Source of the DNA: Candidatus Latescibacterota bacterium
GTDB taxonomy: Bacteria; Latescibacterota; UBA2968; UBA8231
Direction of reading: 5' to 3'
Assembly: GCA_965204725.1 (NCBI GenBank)
Contig: OZ242005.1
Coordinates: forward strand, 3,232,001-3,296,000
Length of the DNA stretch: 64,000 nt
Every line of letters begins with the position of its first letter. The stretch's first letter is position 1. The translations under genes and the position numbers were made by a program. The notes under the pieces were generated by a model. It saw nothing but the letters and a program-made list of their open reading frames with translations, was not told the DNA's origin and did no database searches. Shown here piece after piece: positions 1 through 10,028 of the stretch.

Positions 1-1548
1 CAGGCCAAGCGAAAACTACCCATCGGCATTCAGACCTTCCGCAAAATTCGCGAGGACAACTGCTACTACGTTGACAAGACCGCCTTCATCCGGCGACTGG
101 TGGACGAAGGCACCCATTACTTCCTGTCTCGCCCGCGTCGGTTCGGCAAGAGCCTCTTGGTCGATACGCTCAAGGAGTTGTTCGAGGGCAGTGAGGAACT
201 GTTCGAGGGGCTAGCCATCCACGACGGCTGGGACTGGTCGGTTCGCTATCCGGTGGTACGACTTGACTTTAGCAGCGGAAACTACGTGGAGCCGGGCTAT
301 CTACAGACCAATCTGATGGCGCAATTGGCCGCGATTGAACGCCGGGCTCAAGTAGCTTGCGAGCAGACCACTGCGCCGGAACGTCTCGCCCATCTGATCG
401 AGGTGCTGCACGAGCAAACCGGGCAGCGGGTGGTCGTGCTGGTTGATGAATACGACAAGCCGATCTTGGATGCGCTGGAGGAGCCGGCCGTTGCCCGCGC
501 CAACCGCAACTTTCTGCGCGGGCTGTATGCGACGATTAAGTTCGCCGACGCGCACGTCAAGTTCACTCTGCTGACGGGGGTGAGCAAATTCTCCAAGGTC
601 AGCTTGTTTTCGGGGCTTAACAACCTCACCGACATCACCCTCGCTCCGCGTTACTCGGCTATCTGCGGCTACACGGATGCGGCCTTGGATCGGGTGTTCG
701 CGCCGGAGTTGCCCGGCTTGGACCGGGACGCGATTCGCGCTTGGTACAACGGCTACAACTGGCTGGGCGACGAGAAGGTGTACAACCCCTTCGACATCCT
801 GCTGCTGTTCTTCAATCGCAAGTTCGGTGCGTACTGGTTCGAGACGGGTACGCCGACGTTTCTGCTTGAGACGCTGGTGACTCGCGGCGTCAGCACCTTG
901 GCACTTGACGGGATGCGCGGCGGCGACGAGTTGCTTTCGACCTTCGACGTGGAGCACATTGCGACCGAGGCGCTGTTGTTCCAGACTGGCTACCTGACGA
1001 TTCAAGGTGAAGAAGACCTCGGTGGGGAAACGTACTACCAACTAGGCTATCCCAACCGCGAGGTGCGGCAAAGTCTCAACCGGAGTTTGCTCAATCATTT
1101 GGCGGACAACCCGTCGCATGGGACGACGTGCAGTGCCCAGCTATACAAACTGCTGCTGGTCAACGACTTTGCGGGCTTGGAGGAGCTATTGCAGGCGTTT
1201 TTCGCCGGCATCCCCTATCAGTGGCATACCAAAAACAACATCGCCGATTACGAGGGGTACTACGCCAGCGTGTTCTATTCGTACTTTGCGTCGTTGGGGT
1301 TGGACCTGACGGTGGAGGACAGCAGCAGTCGGGGTCGCTTGGACTTGGCGTTGGTGTTCAACCGCCACGTGTATCTGTTTGAGTTCAAGGTGGAGGAGGC
1401 CGCTTCGTCTGGCGCGGGACTGGCTCAGTTGCGAGAACGAGAGTATGCGGCCAAGTATGGCGGTTTGGGTTGGCCGATTTACCTGATCGGGGTGTCGTTC
1501 AGCAAGACGACCCGCAACGTGGCCGCCTTTGAGGTGGAGCAGGGGTGA
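1..1548 (+). CDS. AAA-ATPase-like protein with C-terminal PD-(D/E)XK nuclease domain (AAA-ATPase_like + PDDEXK_9/DUF1703); 5' end lies outside the window
   Basis: The frame is open from base 1 (KLPIGIQTFRKIREDNCYYVDKT). Walker A-like SRPRRFGKS, Walker B VVLVDEYDKP, YNGY, and C-terminal GRLDL..FEFK are present. Confidence 0.9.
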   Translation, partial: QAKRKLPIGIQTFRKIREDNCYYVDKTAFIRRLVDEGTHYFLSRPRRFGKSLLVDTLKELFEGSEELFEGLAIHDGWDWSVRYPVVRLDFSSGNYVEPGYLQTNLMAQLAAIERRAQVACEQTTAPERLAHLIEVLHEQTGQRVVVLVDEYDKPILDALEEPAVARANRNFLRGLYATIKFADAHVKFTLLTGVSKFSKVSLFSGLNNLTDITLAPRYSAICGYTDAALDRVFAPELPGLDRDAIRAWYNGYNWLGDEKVYNPFDILLLFFNRKFGAYWFETGTPTFLLETLVTRGVSTLALDGMRGGDELLSTFDVEHIATEALLFQTGYLTIQGEEDLGGETYYQLGYPNREVRQSLNRSLLNHLADNPSHGTTCSAQLYKLLLVNDFAGLEELLQAFFAGIPYQWHTKNNIADYEGYYASVFYSYFASLGLDLTVEDSSSRGRLDLALVFNRHVYLFEFKVEEAASSGAGLAQLREREYAAKYGGLGWPIYLIGVSFSKTTRNVAAFEVEQG

Positions 1549-1596
1549 AGATTGTTATCGCACCGCTACAAACAATGGACCGGCATCAAGCCCAAA

Positions 1597-1701
1597 GTTG
1601 TCGAACGCGGTGCGTTCTCCCGCGGCGACACGGCCACCTCGCGGCTGTTAGATGGCTTCGCCGTTGAGGTGACGGCCCTGTTCGAGTACGCCAAGGGATA
1701 G
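1597..1701 (+). pseudogene. C-terminal remnant of a Uma2 (DUF820)-family endonuclease
   Basis: Translates VVERGAFSRGDTATSRLLDGFAVEVTALFEYAKG*, resembling the S.LL.GF.V.V..LF end of Uma2 proteins. There is no start codon and no catalytic part. Confidence 0.55.
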
Positions 1702-1809
1702 GATATTGAACCCGACTTAGAATCGGCTGTCGCTCAACCCCGTATGACGTTTGACGGATACGATCTTTATCCCACTATTATAGAAAAGGCGGCAGCCTTA
1801 TGTTTTACC
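1702..1809 (+). pseudogene. Internal fragment of a death-on-curing (Doc/Fic) toxin
   Basis: Translates DIEPDLESAVAQPRMTFDGYDLYPTIIEKAAALCF, the LESA.AQP...DLYPT..EKAAAL segment that precedes the HPFxDGNKR motif. The catalytic motif is missing. Confidence 0.75.
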
Positions 1810-1821
1810 AGAGGAGGAAAA

Positions 1822-3015
1822 ATGAGAATTATAGAGGGTGGAGGGGTCACCGCGCCGAGTGGGTATCGGGCTGCTGGCATCCAGACTGGCGTCAAAGAAT
1901 CGGGCGCGAAGGATTTGGCGCTGGTGTACTCGACGCGCCCGGCCAGTGCCGCCGCGGTGTACACCACCAACAAGGTACAGGGCGCACCGATTGCCATCGA
2001 CCGCGAGCACCTCGCCGACGGCAAGGCGCGGGCGGTCATTCTCAACAGCGGCAATGCCAATGTCTGCAACGGCCATGTCGGCTTGGACCACGCCCGGCGG
2101 ATGTGTGCCCGGACGGCAAGCGAACTGGGCCTGCAAACCGAAGAAGTGCTAGTCTGCTCTACCGGCTTGATCGGCGTACCCCTGCCGATTGCCCAGATCG
2201 AAGCAGGCATCCCGCGGCTCGTCGCCGCGCTGTCCGAAGAAGGCGGAGGAGATGCGGCCGAGGCGATCCTGACCACGGACACCGTGCCGAAAAGCTGCGC
2301 TGTCGAGGTCGAGTTGGAAGCGGGCCGGGCCGTAGTTGGGGCGATGGCCAAAGGAGCCGCGATGATTGCCCCCAATATGGCGACGATGCTGTCGGTGGTG
2401 ACCACGGACGCGACAGTGCCCAGCGGCCCCTTGCAGGAACTGCTGTCGCAGGCCATCCAGCGCACGTTCAACTGCATCACCGTAGATGGCGACATGAGCA
2501 CGAGCGACACGGTGATCCTGATGGCCAACGGCGCGGCGGAAGAGTTGAGCGAGCGCGATTGCGCGGGCCTCTACGAGGGCATTGAATGCGTCTGTCGGCA
2601 GATGGCCCAAGCGATTGCGCGCGACGCCGAGGGGTCGTCCAAGCTAATCACCATCGCGGTGCGCGGGGCCGCGACCCAAGCCGAGGCGAGACAGGTCGGC
2701 ATCGCGGTGGCCAACTCGAGCTTGGTGAAGACCGCTGCGTTCGGCAACGACCCGAACTGGGGGCGCATTCTGTGTGCGATGGGGTACGCCGGCGTGGATT
2801 TCGACCCCGCGAGGGTGCGCGTGGCGCTGTGCGGCACCGACATCTACGGCAACGGCGCAGGTCTTGCCTACGATGCGAGCAAACTGAGCGCGGCCATGCA
2901 GGCCGAAGAAATGGCCATTGACATCGACCTAGCCATGGGATCGGCCGCCGCTGAGATTTTCACCTGCGATCTGACGTACGAGTACGTGCGCCTGAACGCC
3001 GAATACACCACTTGA
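1822..3015 (+). CDS. argJ: Bifunctional glutamate N-acetyltransferase / amino-acid acetyltransferase ArgJ
   Basis: NSGNAN, KGAAMIAPNMATML (autoproteolytic Thr), DGDMSTSDT, DPNWGRI and C-terminal YVRLNAEYTT. GGAGG RBS precedes the ATG at 1822. Confidence 0.95.
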   Translation: MRIIEGGGVTAPSGYRAAGIQTGVKESGAKDLALVYSTRPASAAAVYTTNKVQGAPIAIDREHLADGKARAVILNSGNANVCNGHVGLDHARRMCARTASELGLQTEEVLVCSTGLIGVPLPIAQIEAGIPRLVAALSEEGGGDAAEAILTTDTVPKSCAVEVELEAGRAVVGAMAKGAAMIAPNMATMLSVVTTDATVPSGPLQELLSQAIQRTFNCITVDGDMSTSDTVILMANGAAEELSERDCAGLYEGIECVCRQMAQAIARDAEGSSKLITIAVRGAATQAEARQVGIAVANSSLVKTAAFGNDPNWGRILCAMGYAGVDFDPARVRVALCGTDIYGNGAGLAYDASKLSAAMQAEEMAIDIDLAMGSAAAEIFTCDLTYEYVRLNAEYTT

Positions 3016-3023
3016 GGACCACC

Positions 3024-4205
3024 ATGCCACTTTCGCACCATGTTCAGCGCGTCCAGCCATCGGTCACCATGCAGATTTCGGCCCGCGCCGCGGCCATGCA
3101 GCGCGCCGGTATCGACGTGATTTCCCTATCGGCGGGCGAGCCGGACTTCGATACGCCGCAAAACATCAAAGACGCCGGCATCCGCGCCATTGCCGAGGGC
3201 TTTACCAAGTACACCACCCCGGGGTCGGGGATCGTGGAGCTCAAGGAGGCCATCTGCCGCAAATTCGAGCGCGACAACGGCTTGGTTTATACAACCGATG
3301 AAGTGATCGTCAACAATGGCGCCAAGCACTCGCTCTTTTTGGCGGTGGCGGCACTGGTCAACCCCGGCGACGAGGTCATTATCCCCACGCCCTATTGGGT
3401 GACCTACCGGGAGCAGCCGCGGCTGGTAGGAGGCGAGCCGGTGATCGTCGAGACCCAAGCCGCCAACGGCCTCAAGCTCACCGCGGACGAGTTCCGCGCC
3501 GCCATCACGCCCCGCACCCGGATGCTCTTTTTGTGCTCGCCGTCCAATCCCAGCGGCGCGGTGTACACCCGCGAGGAGCTAAAAGCCCTCGCGGCCGTGG
3601 CTGTTGAGCACGAGGTCTATGTGCTCAGCGACGAGATTTACGAGAAGCTGATCTACGACGGGGCCGAGCACCACTCGATCGCCGCCTGCGGCCCGGAGGC
3701 CAAAAAACTCAGCATTGTGGTCAATGGGGTATCTAAGGCGTATTCAATGACGGGCTGGCGCATCGGCTACACGGGTGCCAGCGAGGAGATCATCGCCGGA
3801 ATGAACAAGGTGCAAAGCCAAGAGGTGTCGCACCCTTCGTCGATGGCGCAGAAAGCGGCCGTTGAGGCCCTCAATGGCCCGCAGGAGTCGGTCGAGGAAA
3901 TGCGCCGGGCCTTTGATGTGCGGCGGCACTACATGGTCGAGCGTCTCAACGCCATAGAGGGGGTGGAATGCGCGTTGCCGCAGGGGGCTTTTTACGCCTA
4001 TCCCGATGTGGCCGCGTACTACGGCAGCCAAGTCCGCGACTCAGTGGCATTGTGCGAGTACGTGCTCGAGGAGGGCAAGGTGGCCTGTGTACCGGGTGCG
4101 GGCTTTGGGACCGCCGAGCACATCCGGCTTTCCTACGCGACCGCCATGGAGCAAATTGAGCGCGCCATGGACCGGGTCGAAGATATTTTTGGGCGTCTCT
4201 ATTGA
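3024..4205 (+). CDS. aspC: Class I/II PLP-dependent aminotransferase (aspartate aminotransferase-like)
   Basis: GEPDF, SPSNPSG, SDEIYE and SKAYSMTGWRIG (PLP lysine). GAGGA RBS precedes the ATG at 3024. Confidence 0.85.
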   Translation: MPLSHHVQRVQPSVTMQISARAAAMQRAGIDVISLSAGEPDFDTPQNIKDAGIRAIAEGFTKYTTPGSGIVELKEAICRKFERDNGLVYTTDEVIVNNGAKHSLFLAVAALVNPGDEVIIPTPYWVTYREQPRLVGGEPVIVETQAANGLKLTADEFRAAITPRTRMLFLCSPSNPSGAVYTREELKALAAVAVEHEVYVLSDEIYEKLIYDGAEHHSIAACGPEAKKLSIVVNGVSKAYSMTGWRIGYTGASEEIIAGMNKVQSQEVSHPSSMAQKAAVEALNGPQESVEEMRRAFDVRRHYMVERLNAIEGVECALPQGAFYAYPDVAAYYGSQVRDSVALCEYVLEEGKVACVPGAGFGTAEHIRLSYATAMEQIERAMDRVEDIFGRLY

Positions 4206-4252
4206 GAATGCAGGGGCGTCGCATCACCAGCCAAACCTAGGGAGTTTATCCG

Positions 4253-5215
4253 GTGAACAACAGTGGATTTTACCTCGATTTTGAACGCGATCTCGTCGAG
4301 CTAGAAAAGAAAATCGACGACCTAAAGAGCCAAGCCGAGACCAATGGCTTGAATTTGGACGAGGGGGTGCAGAAGCTCGAAGCGCAGGCCGCAAAGAAGC
4401 GCCGAGAGATCTACACCAATCTCAGCCCTTGGCAGCGGGTGCAAATCGCCCGGCACCCGCACCGCCCGTACGCGCTCGATTACGTCGAGCGAATGCTCAC
4501 CGACTTCACCGAGCTCCACGGCGACCGCCTCTTTGCCGACGACGCCTCCATCATCGGCGGCCCGGCGCGGCTGGGCGACACATCGGTCATGGTCCTTGGC
4601 ATCCAGAATGGACGCAACCTCGAAGAGCGGCAAAAGCGCAACTTCGGCATGCCGCATCCAGAAGGGTATCGCAAGGCCCGACGCCTGATGCAAATGGCGG
4701 CCAAGTTCAAATTGCCGGTCTTGACCTTGGTCGATACCTCGGGTGCCTATCCCGGAATCGAGGCCGAGGAGCGGGGCCAAGCCGAGGCCATTGCCCGCAA
4801 CCTCTACGAAATGTCACATCTGTCGGTGCCCATCGTCGTCGCCATCATCGGCCAAGCCTTCAGCGGCGGGGCCATTGGCATCACGGTCGGCGACCGGATC
4901 CTGATGCTGGAACATGCGTGTTATTCGGTGATTGTGCCGGAGAGCTGCTCGACTATTCTGTTCAAGGTGCGCGAGCGCAGAGAGGAGGCGGCCGAGGCAC
5001 TCAAGCTCACGGCCACCGACTTAGAAAAGCAGGGGATCATCGACCGCATCGTGCCCGAGCCGTTGGGCGGCGCCCATCGCGACTGGGACGAAGCCGCGGC
5101 CACCCTCAAGCGCTACGTGCAAGATGCCCTAGCCGAGCTCCAGCCCCTCGCTCCCGAGGAACTGGTAGCCCGGCGGCAGGACAAGTTCGCGGCCATGGCG
5201 CGGTTTGAGGAATAG
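4253..5215 (+). CDS. accA: Acetyl-CoA carboxylase carboxyltransferase subunit alpha
   Basis: [49 protein letters not shown] and EPLGGAHRD. Confidence 0.95.
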   Translation: MNNSGFYLDFERDLVELEKKIDDLKSQAETNGLNLDEGVQKLEAQAAKKRREIYTNLSPWQRVQIARHPHRPYALDYVERMLTDFTELHGDRLFADDASIIGGPARLGDTSVMVLGIQNGRNLEERQKRNFGMPHPEGYRKARRLMQMAAKFKLPVLTLVDTSGAYPGIEAEERGQAEAIARNLYEMSHLSVPIVVAIIGQAFSGGAIGITVGDRILMLEHACYSVIVPESCSTILFKVRERREEAAEALKLTATDLEKQGIIDRIVPEPLGGAHRDWDEAAATLKRYVQDALAELQPLAPEELVARRQDKFAAMARFEE

Positions 5216-5225
5216 GGCGCGGGGA

Positions 5226-6047
5226 TCAGGCGCGCCGCAAGCGGTCGAAGAGCCGCTCTAAGCGGTCGAAGACGAGGCGAATCATGTCTTCGTCCCAATC
5301 GCCGTCAATGTTGATCTGGAGCGTGGACTGGAGGGTCTCTAGGTACGCTCGCTGGGTCTCGGTTAGGGGGCGTTCCTGCTGGGGACGCTCCGAGCGTTCG
5401 GAGTTGATGCGTTTGGCGCGTCCGTCGCGCCCGGGGCGCTCCTTGGGAGCGGGCGCAGGTTCGCGAGTGCTGCGATCCTCTTGTGGCGCGGTTGCGGCGG
5501 GGCGTTCGTTTTGCGGCCCGGCTTCGGCGGATGCCGCTTCTCGTTGCGGTGCGCTAGGGGTGCCGAAATCGGCTTCGGCGATGAGGTATTTGAAAAACAT
5601 CTTCATCTTGTTGGCCGAATCGCGCCCCATGCCGGTGCGGTTGCGGAAGTAATCGACAATCGCGTCGTCGCTCATGTTGCCGTCGGTCTGTTCCCACTCT
5701 GGCAATAGCTCCTTATAGAGGCCGCGGATTATTTCGGCAATCGCGAACCGGCGCGTCTCATGCGGGACTAGCCGCAAGAGTAAGTCCGTGGGCTTTTGGT
5801 TGCGGTCGGTCAAGTTCATGGATTCAATGCCGCGCAAAAAGCGGTGAATCATTGACGGGGTGCGAATAATCGGCCGCACGTAGTCGCGGTTGACTTGGTC
5901 GGGGATTTTGCTCTCCAGCCGCGAGAGGAACCGCTCGAACTGCACCTTGGTAATGTAGGGAAACCAAGCCCGGTCCTGCCGGCCGCCGTTTTCCTCCGAT
6001 GCCTCTTCCACTGTCGTCTCAGCGGCGTCTTGGCGTACTTCTTCCAT
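5226..6047 (-). CDS. Hypothetical protein, possibly DUF5343-like N-domain, low-complexity linker and short conserved-looking C-terminal domain
   Basis: Long ORF with a GGAG RBS before the ATG at 6047 (alternative start 6059). The PYI...FL.....P..V..DY pattern is suggestive only. Confidence 0.6.
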   Translation of the reverse strand: MEEVRQDAAETTVEEASEENGGRQDRAWFPYITKVQFERFLSRLESKIPDQVNRDYVRPIIRTPSMIHRFLRGIESMNLTDRNQKPTDLLLRLVPHETRRFAIAEIIRGLYKELLPEWEQTDGNMSDDAIVDYFRNRTGMGRDSANKMKMFFKYLIAEADFGTPSAPQREAASAEAGPQNERPAATAPQEDRSTREPAPAPKERPGRDGRAKRINSERSERPQQERPLTETQRAYLETLQSTLQINIDGDWDEDMIRLVFDRLERLFDRLRRA

Positions 6048-6084
6048 TGTCGTCTCCATTTGATAAGTTGATATGTCTCCGGGG

Positions 6085-6444
6085 TTAGGGCTGCGAGGCA
6101 AACTCGGCCGTTACAACGGCGGAGATGCCACCGCGCACATTGAAGTCGCCCGCCACAGTCATGCGCCGCGGCGCACAGGCGGCCACCAAATCGTCGAGAA
6201 TGGCGTTCGTGACCGCTTCGTAGTAAGCACCCTCTTGGCGAAAGGACCACAGATAGAGCTTGAGCGATTTGAGCTCAATGCAATGCTGGTCGGGCACGTA
6301 GCGGATGTGGATGGTGCCGAAATCTGGTTGCCCGGTTACGGGACATATCGAAGTGAATTCCGGACACTCTAGCTCGATTGTGTAGTCGCGGTCCGGATGG
6401 GGATTGGCAAAAACCGCTAGGCTTTTGCTCGGCTCGGTAGCCAT
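6085..6444 (-). CDS. queF: NADPH-dependent 7-cyano-7-deazaguanine (preQ0) reductase, unimodular type
   Basis: [25 protein letters not shown] and FNVRGGI. AGGAG RBS precedes the ATG at 6444. Confidence 0.95.
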   Translation of the reverse strand: MATEPSKSLAVFANPHPDRDYTIELECPEFTSICPVTGQPDFGTIHIRYVPDQHCIELKSLKLYLWSFRQEGAYYEAVTNAILDDLVAACAPRRMTVAGDFNVRGGISAVVTAEFASQP

Positions 6445-6509
6445 GAAAATTTTGTCTCCTGAGGGCCTAGAATAGCCAAAGCTAAGATAAGGCCAAACGG
6501 GTGCTTTGG

Positions 6510-8093
6510 CTATGCCACGACAAAGCACTCAATGACGTTGGCGGTGATGCGCGAGACGGTCTCGTCCACGAGAATCGAGGCCGGATACGTGATGGAGCCC
6601 ACGGAAAAAACCGCGCCGCCGCTCGCCGTCTCGTAGTGGATGATTTCCGCGCCGCCGCGGTCCGGGTTGATTCCACGGGCGATGACTTCGACGCCGGGGG
6701 GCGAAAAGGGGGAGGTCTTGTCGGTTTCGTGGCCGGAGGCGCCGCCGGGTATCCGCTCGTGCAGGCTGGCTGCGCCGAAGGCGTCGCCGGTTGTGACGCC
6801 CGTGCCGGCGAAAATCCAGTGGTCGGCGTCGAGGACTTGGTACGGCGCGGCCGTCATAATGCCCGGATGGGTAAAGACCACGCCGAGCAGGTTGGCCTCG
6901 GACTCGTTGTACTGGTGAAAGCGGCTCTCGTGGCCTTTGGCCCGTTGTACGCGGGTGTCGCCGTTTTTAACCTTCATCGTCTGCTCGTCAATCAGCTCCA
7001 CCTCGCAGTTGAGGCCGTTGCCTCCCAAGTACATGAGTTTGCCACCGCGCTCGCGCACCCATGCCTTGACTCCGTAGTACATCTTGCGCGACCAGTACTC
7101 GGGATGGGTGGTGATGATGAGGACTTTGTACTGGTCGAGGTCGAGTTGGTCAAAGTGCAACTGGGTCTCGGCGTACAGGTCGTAGGCAAAGCCCTCGCGC
7201 TCTAGCCAGCCGAGAAATCGCCACTCGGCCGGGGCGACGTGACAGGCGGCGCGGCCCGCAATGGGGTCGGTGACCTCAATGTCTGCGGGGATGTGGTTGA
7301 TCGGCTCGGGCCGGTCGAAGGAGAGCGGGGCGTAGTCCTCGGCGTCGTAGTTGACGTGTTCGGGGTCGGTGTAGCGCTTCAGTTCTAGGCGGGCGTTGAT
7401 CGTCGGCGTGGGCGGGAAGCGGTCGGGGTGGATGTAGTTGGAGCGTCCACCAAAATTGTTGTACGCGTTCCAGTTGATGTTGGCGGCGAGGACCGCGATG
7501 TCCGCGCTGGGGGCGGCCGGGGCGACGATCCAAGGAAAGGAGAAGAACGCGCCGGACTCGCCGCGGGCGTGGAAGTAGTAGAGGCCAGAGCGTTCCGGCG
7601 CGGCGACGAACTGTTTGTGGGAGGGGCTGGTATAACCAAACTTGTTCCACGTCACCCCAGTCTGCACGTAGTCGCCGTCCGGGGTAATCTGCATGGTGGC
7701 GCGCGGTCCGTGCTCGTCGAACCAGCCCAGCGGGCGGATGTGCTCTTTTTCCCAGCCGTAACGCCACAGGTCGAGTCGGTAGGCTTCGAGCGAGTGGACG
7801 CGAAACTCGGATTGTTCGCCCGCTTTGACCCATTTGGGCCAGGCGTAGCCGAGCAGCTGATGAGCGAGTAGGCGGAAGTGGTGGGGTCGGTCGGGGTGGA
7901 TGTTGACCGGCACGCGCTTGGGGCCGAAGCCGTCTTTTTGCAAGGTCGCTGTGTAGGGGCCGGGAGGGATGTCGGCGAAGACCTCCCCGGTGGCCCGCGA
8001 GCGGGTTTCGATGTGCAGGTTCTCGTTGGCGAGTTCGATCTGCACATCGTGCAGGGCGATGTATCGTTCGTCGCTGACGTAGCCGATTAGCAT
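6510..8093 (-). CDS. N,N-dimethylformamidase beta-subunit-family protein with N-terminal carboxypeptidase-regulatory-like domain
   Basis: [33 protein letters not shown] and GAVFSVGSI motifs typical of this family. AAGGAG RBS. Confidence 0.75.
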   Translation of the reverse strand: MLIGYVSDERYIALHDVQIELANENLHIETRSRATGEVFADIPPGPYTATLQKDGFGPKRVPVNIHPDRPHHFRLLAHQLLGYAWPKWVKAGEQSEFRVHSLEAYRLDLWRYGWEKEHIRPLGWFDEHGPRATMQITPDGDYVQTGVTWNKFGYTSPSHKQFVAAPERSGLYYFHARGESGAFFSFPWIVAPAAPSADIAVLAANINWNAYNNFGGRSNYIHPDRFPPTPTINARLELKRYTDPEHVNYDAEDYAPLSFDRPEPINHIPADIEVTDPIAGRAACHVAPAEWRFLGWLEREGFAYDLYAETQLHFDQLDLDQYKVLIITTHPEYWSRKMYYGVKAWVRERGGKLMYLGGNGLNCEVELIDEQTMKVKNGDTRVQRAKGHESRFHQYNESEANLLGVVFTHPGIMTAAPYQVLDADHWIFAGTGVTTGDAFGAASLHERIPGGASGHETDKTSPFSPPGVEVIARGINPDRGGAEIIHYETASGGAVFSVGSITYPASILVDETVSRITANVIECFVVA

Positions 8094-8171
8094 GAGTTAG
8101 CTCCTTGGTAAGTGGGTATAAGGGGATCTACGCGGGGATACAAAGGGGCGGCGGGAACGGACCCCTGACCC

Positions 8172-8840
8172 CTAATCGCTGCAATCGGCATAGGGTAAGG
8201 GGTCGTCGGCACCGGCCCGGCGAAAGCCGGCGCGGCGCACGCGGCAGCTCGCGCAGCGACCGCAGGCGATTTCTTCGCGCTGATAGCAGGACCAAGTCAG
8301 GTGCAGGGGGGCTGTGAGCGCTAGGCCGCAGCGGATGATGGCGGCTTTGTCCCAGTCTATGAGCGGGGTCTGGAGGCGCACTTGGGTTTGCGGGCCGGTT
8401 CCAGCGGCGACCATGCGCTCGTAAGCGGCGAAAAACTCCCGGCGGCAGTCCGGGTATTGGCTCTCTGCTTGGTGGGCACCGATGTAGATGTTGGCGGCAC
8501 CAAGGACCTCGGCCCAAGCCACGGCCACGCCGAGCAAGTTGGCGTTGCGGAAGGGGACATAGGTCGTGGGCAGGTCGGCTGTGGGCCCGTCTTCGGGCAT
8601 GGGCTGGGTCGCATCGATCAAGCTGGAGCCGCCGATCTGGCGCATGTACTCGAGGTCCACCACGAGGCGGGTCGCCACCTGAAAGTGATCGGCGAGGGCG
8701 GAAAAGGCCGTGAATTCGCGGCCTTCGGTGCGCTGGCGATAGTGCGCGTGGAGAAAGGCCAGTGGGCCACGGCGGGCGGCAATGGCCGCGGCGACGCAGG
8801 AGTCAAGCCCCCCGCTGACGAGGACGATTGCGAGACTCAA
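8172..8840 (-). CDS. queC: 7-cyano-7-deazaguanine synthase
   Basis: PP-loop SGGLDS, YVPFRN, YPDCR and Zn motif TWSCY..CGRCASC. The TTG start overlaps the stop of the upstream gene. Confidence 0.95.
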   Translation of the reverse strand: MSLAIVLVSGGLDSCVAAAIAARRGPLAFLHAHYRQRTEGREFTAFSALADHFQVATRLVVDLEYMRQIGGSSLIDATQPMPEDGPTADLPTTYVPFRNANLLGVAVAWAEVLGAANIYIGAHQAESQYPDCRREFFAAYERMVAAGTGPQTQVRLQTPLIDWDKAAIIRCGLALTAPLHLTWSCYQREEIACGRCASCRVRRAGFRRAGADDPLPYADCSD

Positions 8841-10006
8841 AGCAAGAGGACGACTTCGTTTTGGATGGGGGTCGTAACTTCCGGTCCGTTCTCTGGATCC
8901 ATGTACACATTGACTTCGAGCCGCACGCCAAACTCCGGCAGGTACGCCCCCGGCTCTACGGAAAAGCCCGTGCCCGGTAGGATTGACCGCGCATCGTGGG
9001 TCTCCAAGTCGTCGAGATTCGCGCCCAGCGCGTGGATGCTCGGCCCCGGGCCGAGACTGTGCCCGGTGCGGTGGACGAACTGCTCGCCTAAGCCGTGCTT
9101 GGTCATCACTTGGCGCGCCACGCGGTCGAGCTGCCAGCCTTGCAACACGTCGCCGGCGCGCCACGCGGCATTGAGCCGCGCCAGCACTTGATCGCGCGCT
9201 TCGCGCACAGCGGCAAAGACCTCGGCGTGCGCCGCTGGCACGTGCGGCCCGGCAAAGGCGACCCAAGTGATGTCGCCGAACACGTGCTGCTCGCCGGGGT
9301 GGCGCGCCCACAGGTCGATGAGGACCCAAGCACCCGGCTCAATGGCCGCGGCCGTGTCGGCCTGCGGTTCGTAGTGCGGATTGCCGCTGTTGCGATTGAC
9401 GCCGACGATCGGCGGATGCCCTATGTCGAGGCCGCGCCGCTCCAACTCGGCGACGATGAAAGCCTGAACGTCGAATTCGGTGAGGCCGGTGTGGAGCCGG
9501 TGGCGTATATAATCAAAGGCCGCGTCCTTGACTGCGGCCACTTGGCGGCAGGCGTCGCGGTGCGAGGCGAGCGCGTCCGCGCTCCACGTGGCCAAGGCGA
9601 CTTGGCACAGATTGGCCGAAGGGACCACCTCGGGGCCGAGGGATCGCACCAGATCTAAGGTTCCGCCATCGACCCAAGACACCGTGGGCAACGCGCCCCC
9701 GGGCCAGTACTCCATGGCCACCCGCGCCACCCCTCCCACCGCATGGCGCAACAGGGCATGCAGTTGTTTCCAACTAGCGTAATGCGCGATCTCCACGCCC
9801 AGCCCAGCGAGGGCCTCCGGCTCAACCGCCGAGCCGAACAGGCGCGGTGCGCCCGCCGCTGGCACGATGAGAAAGACTCGCCGGGTCGTTTGCCGGCGCT
9901 GGCCCAAAAGCTGCCACAAGACCGGATTGCCGCCGCGAAAATCGCACACCAACCAAGCACCGATCCCCTCCTGCTGCATATAGGCTTGTATTTTTTGTAA
10001 GTCCAT
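8837..10006 (-). CDS. M24-family (Xaa-Pro) metallopeptidase
   Basis: NSGNPHYEP, LIDLWAR, GDITW, HRTGHSLG, FSVEPG and GVRLE metal-ligand motifs. GAGGAG RBS. Confidence 0.88.
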   Translation of the reverse strand: MDLQKIQAYMQQEGIGAWLVCDFRGGNPVLWQLLGQRRQTTRRVFLIVPAAGAPRLFGSAVEPEALAGLGVEIAHYASWKQLHALLRHAVGGVARVAMEYWPGGALPTVSWVDGGTLDLVRSLGPEVVPSANLCQVALATWSADALASHRDACRQVAAVKDAAFDYIRHRLHTGLTEFDVQAFIVAELERRGLDIGHPPIVGVNRNSGNPHYEPQADTAAAIEPGAWVLIDLWARHPGEQHVFGDITWVAFAGPHVPAAHAEVFAAVREARDQVLARLNAAWRAGDVLQGWQLDRVARQVMTKHGLGEQFVHRTGHSLGPGPSIHALGANLDDLETHDARSILPGTGFSVEPGAYLPEFGVRLEVNVYMDPENGPEVTTPIQNEVVLLL

Positions 10007-10028
10007 AATGAAAGGCTCCTCGGCTCGC

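Noticed and set aside
1744-1821. 26-aa N-terminal extension of ArgJ in the ORF track
   Set aside because: It is a Doc-toxin remnant in the same frame; the strong RBS points to the ATG at 1822.
6445-6510. Possible preQ1 riboswitch upstream of queF
   Set aside because: No recognisable preQ1 stem-loop and A-rich tail consensus, and the gap is short.
8841-9329. Long upstream extension of the QueC ORF and many other long overlapping or antisense ORFs (e.g. 14281-15405, 23698-24753, 33354-34466, 38774-39787)
   Set aside because: These are shadow ORFs typical of high-GC DNA: Arg/Pro/Gly-rich, without motifs, and overlapping well-supported genes.
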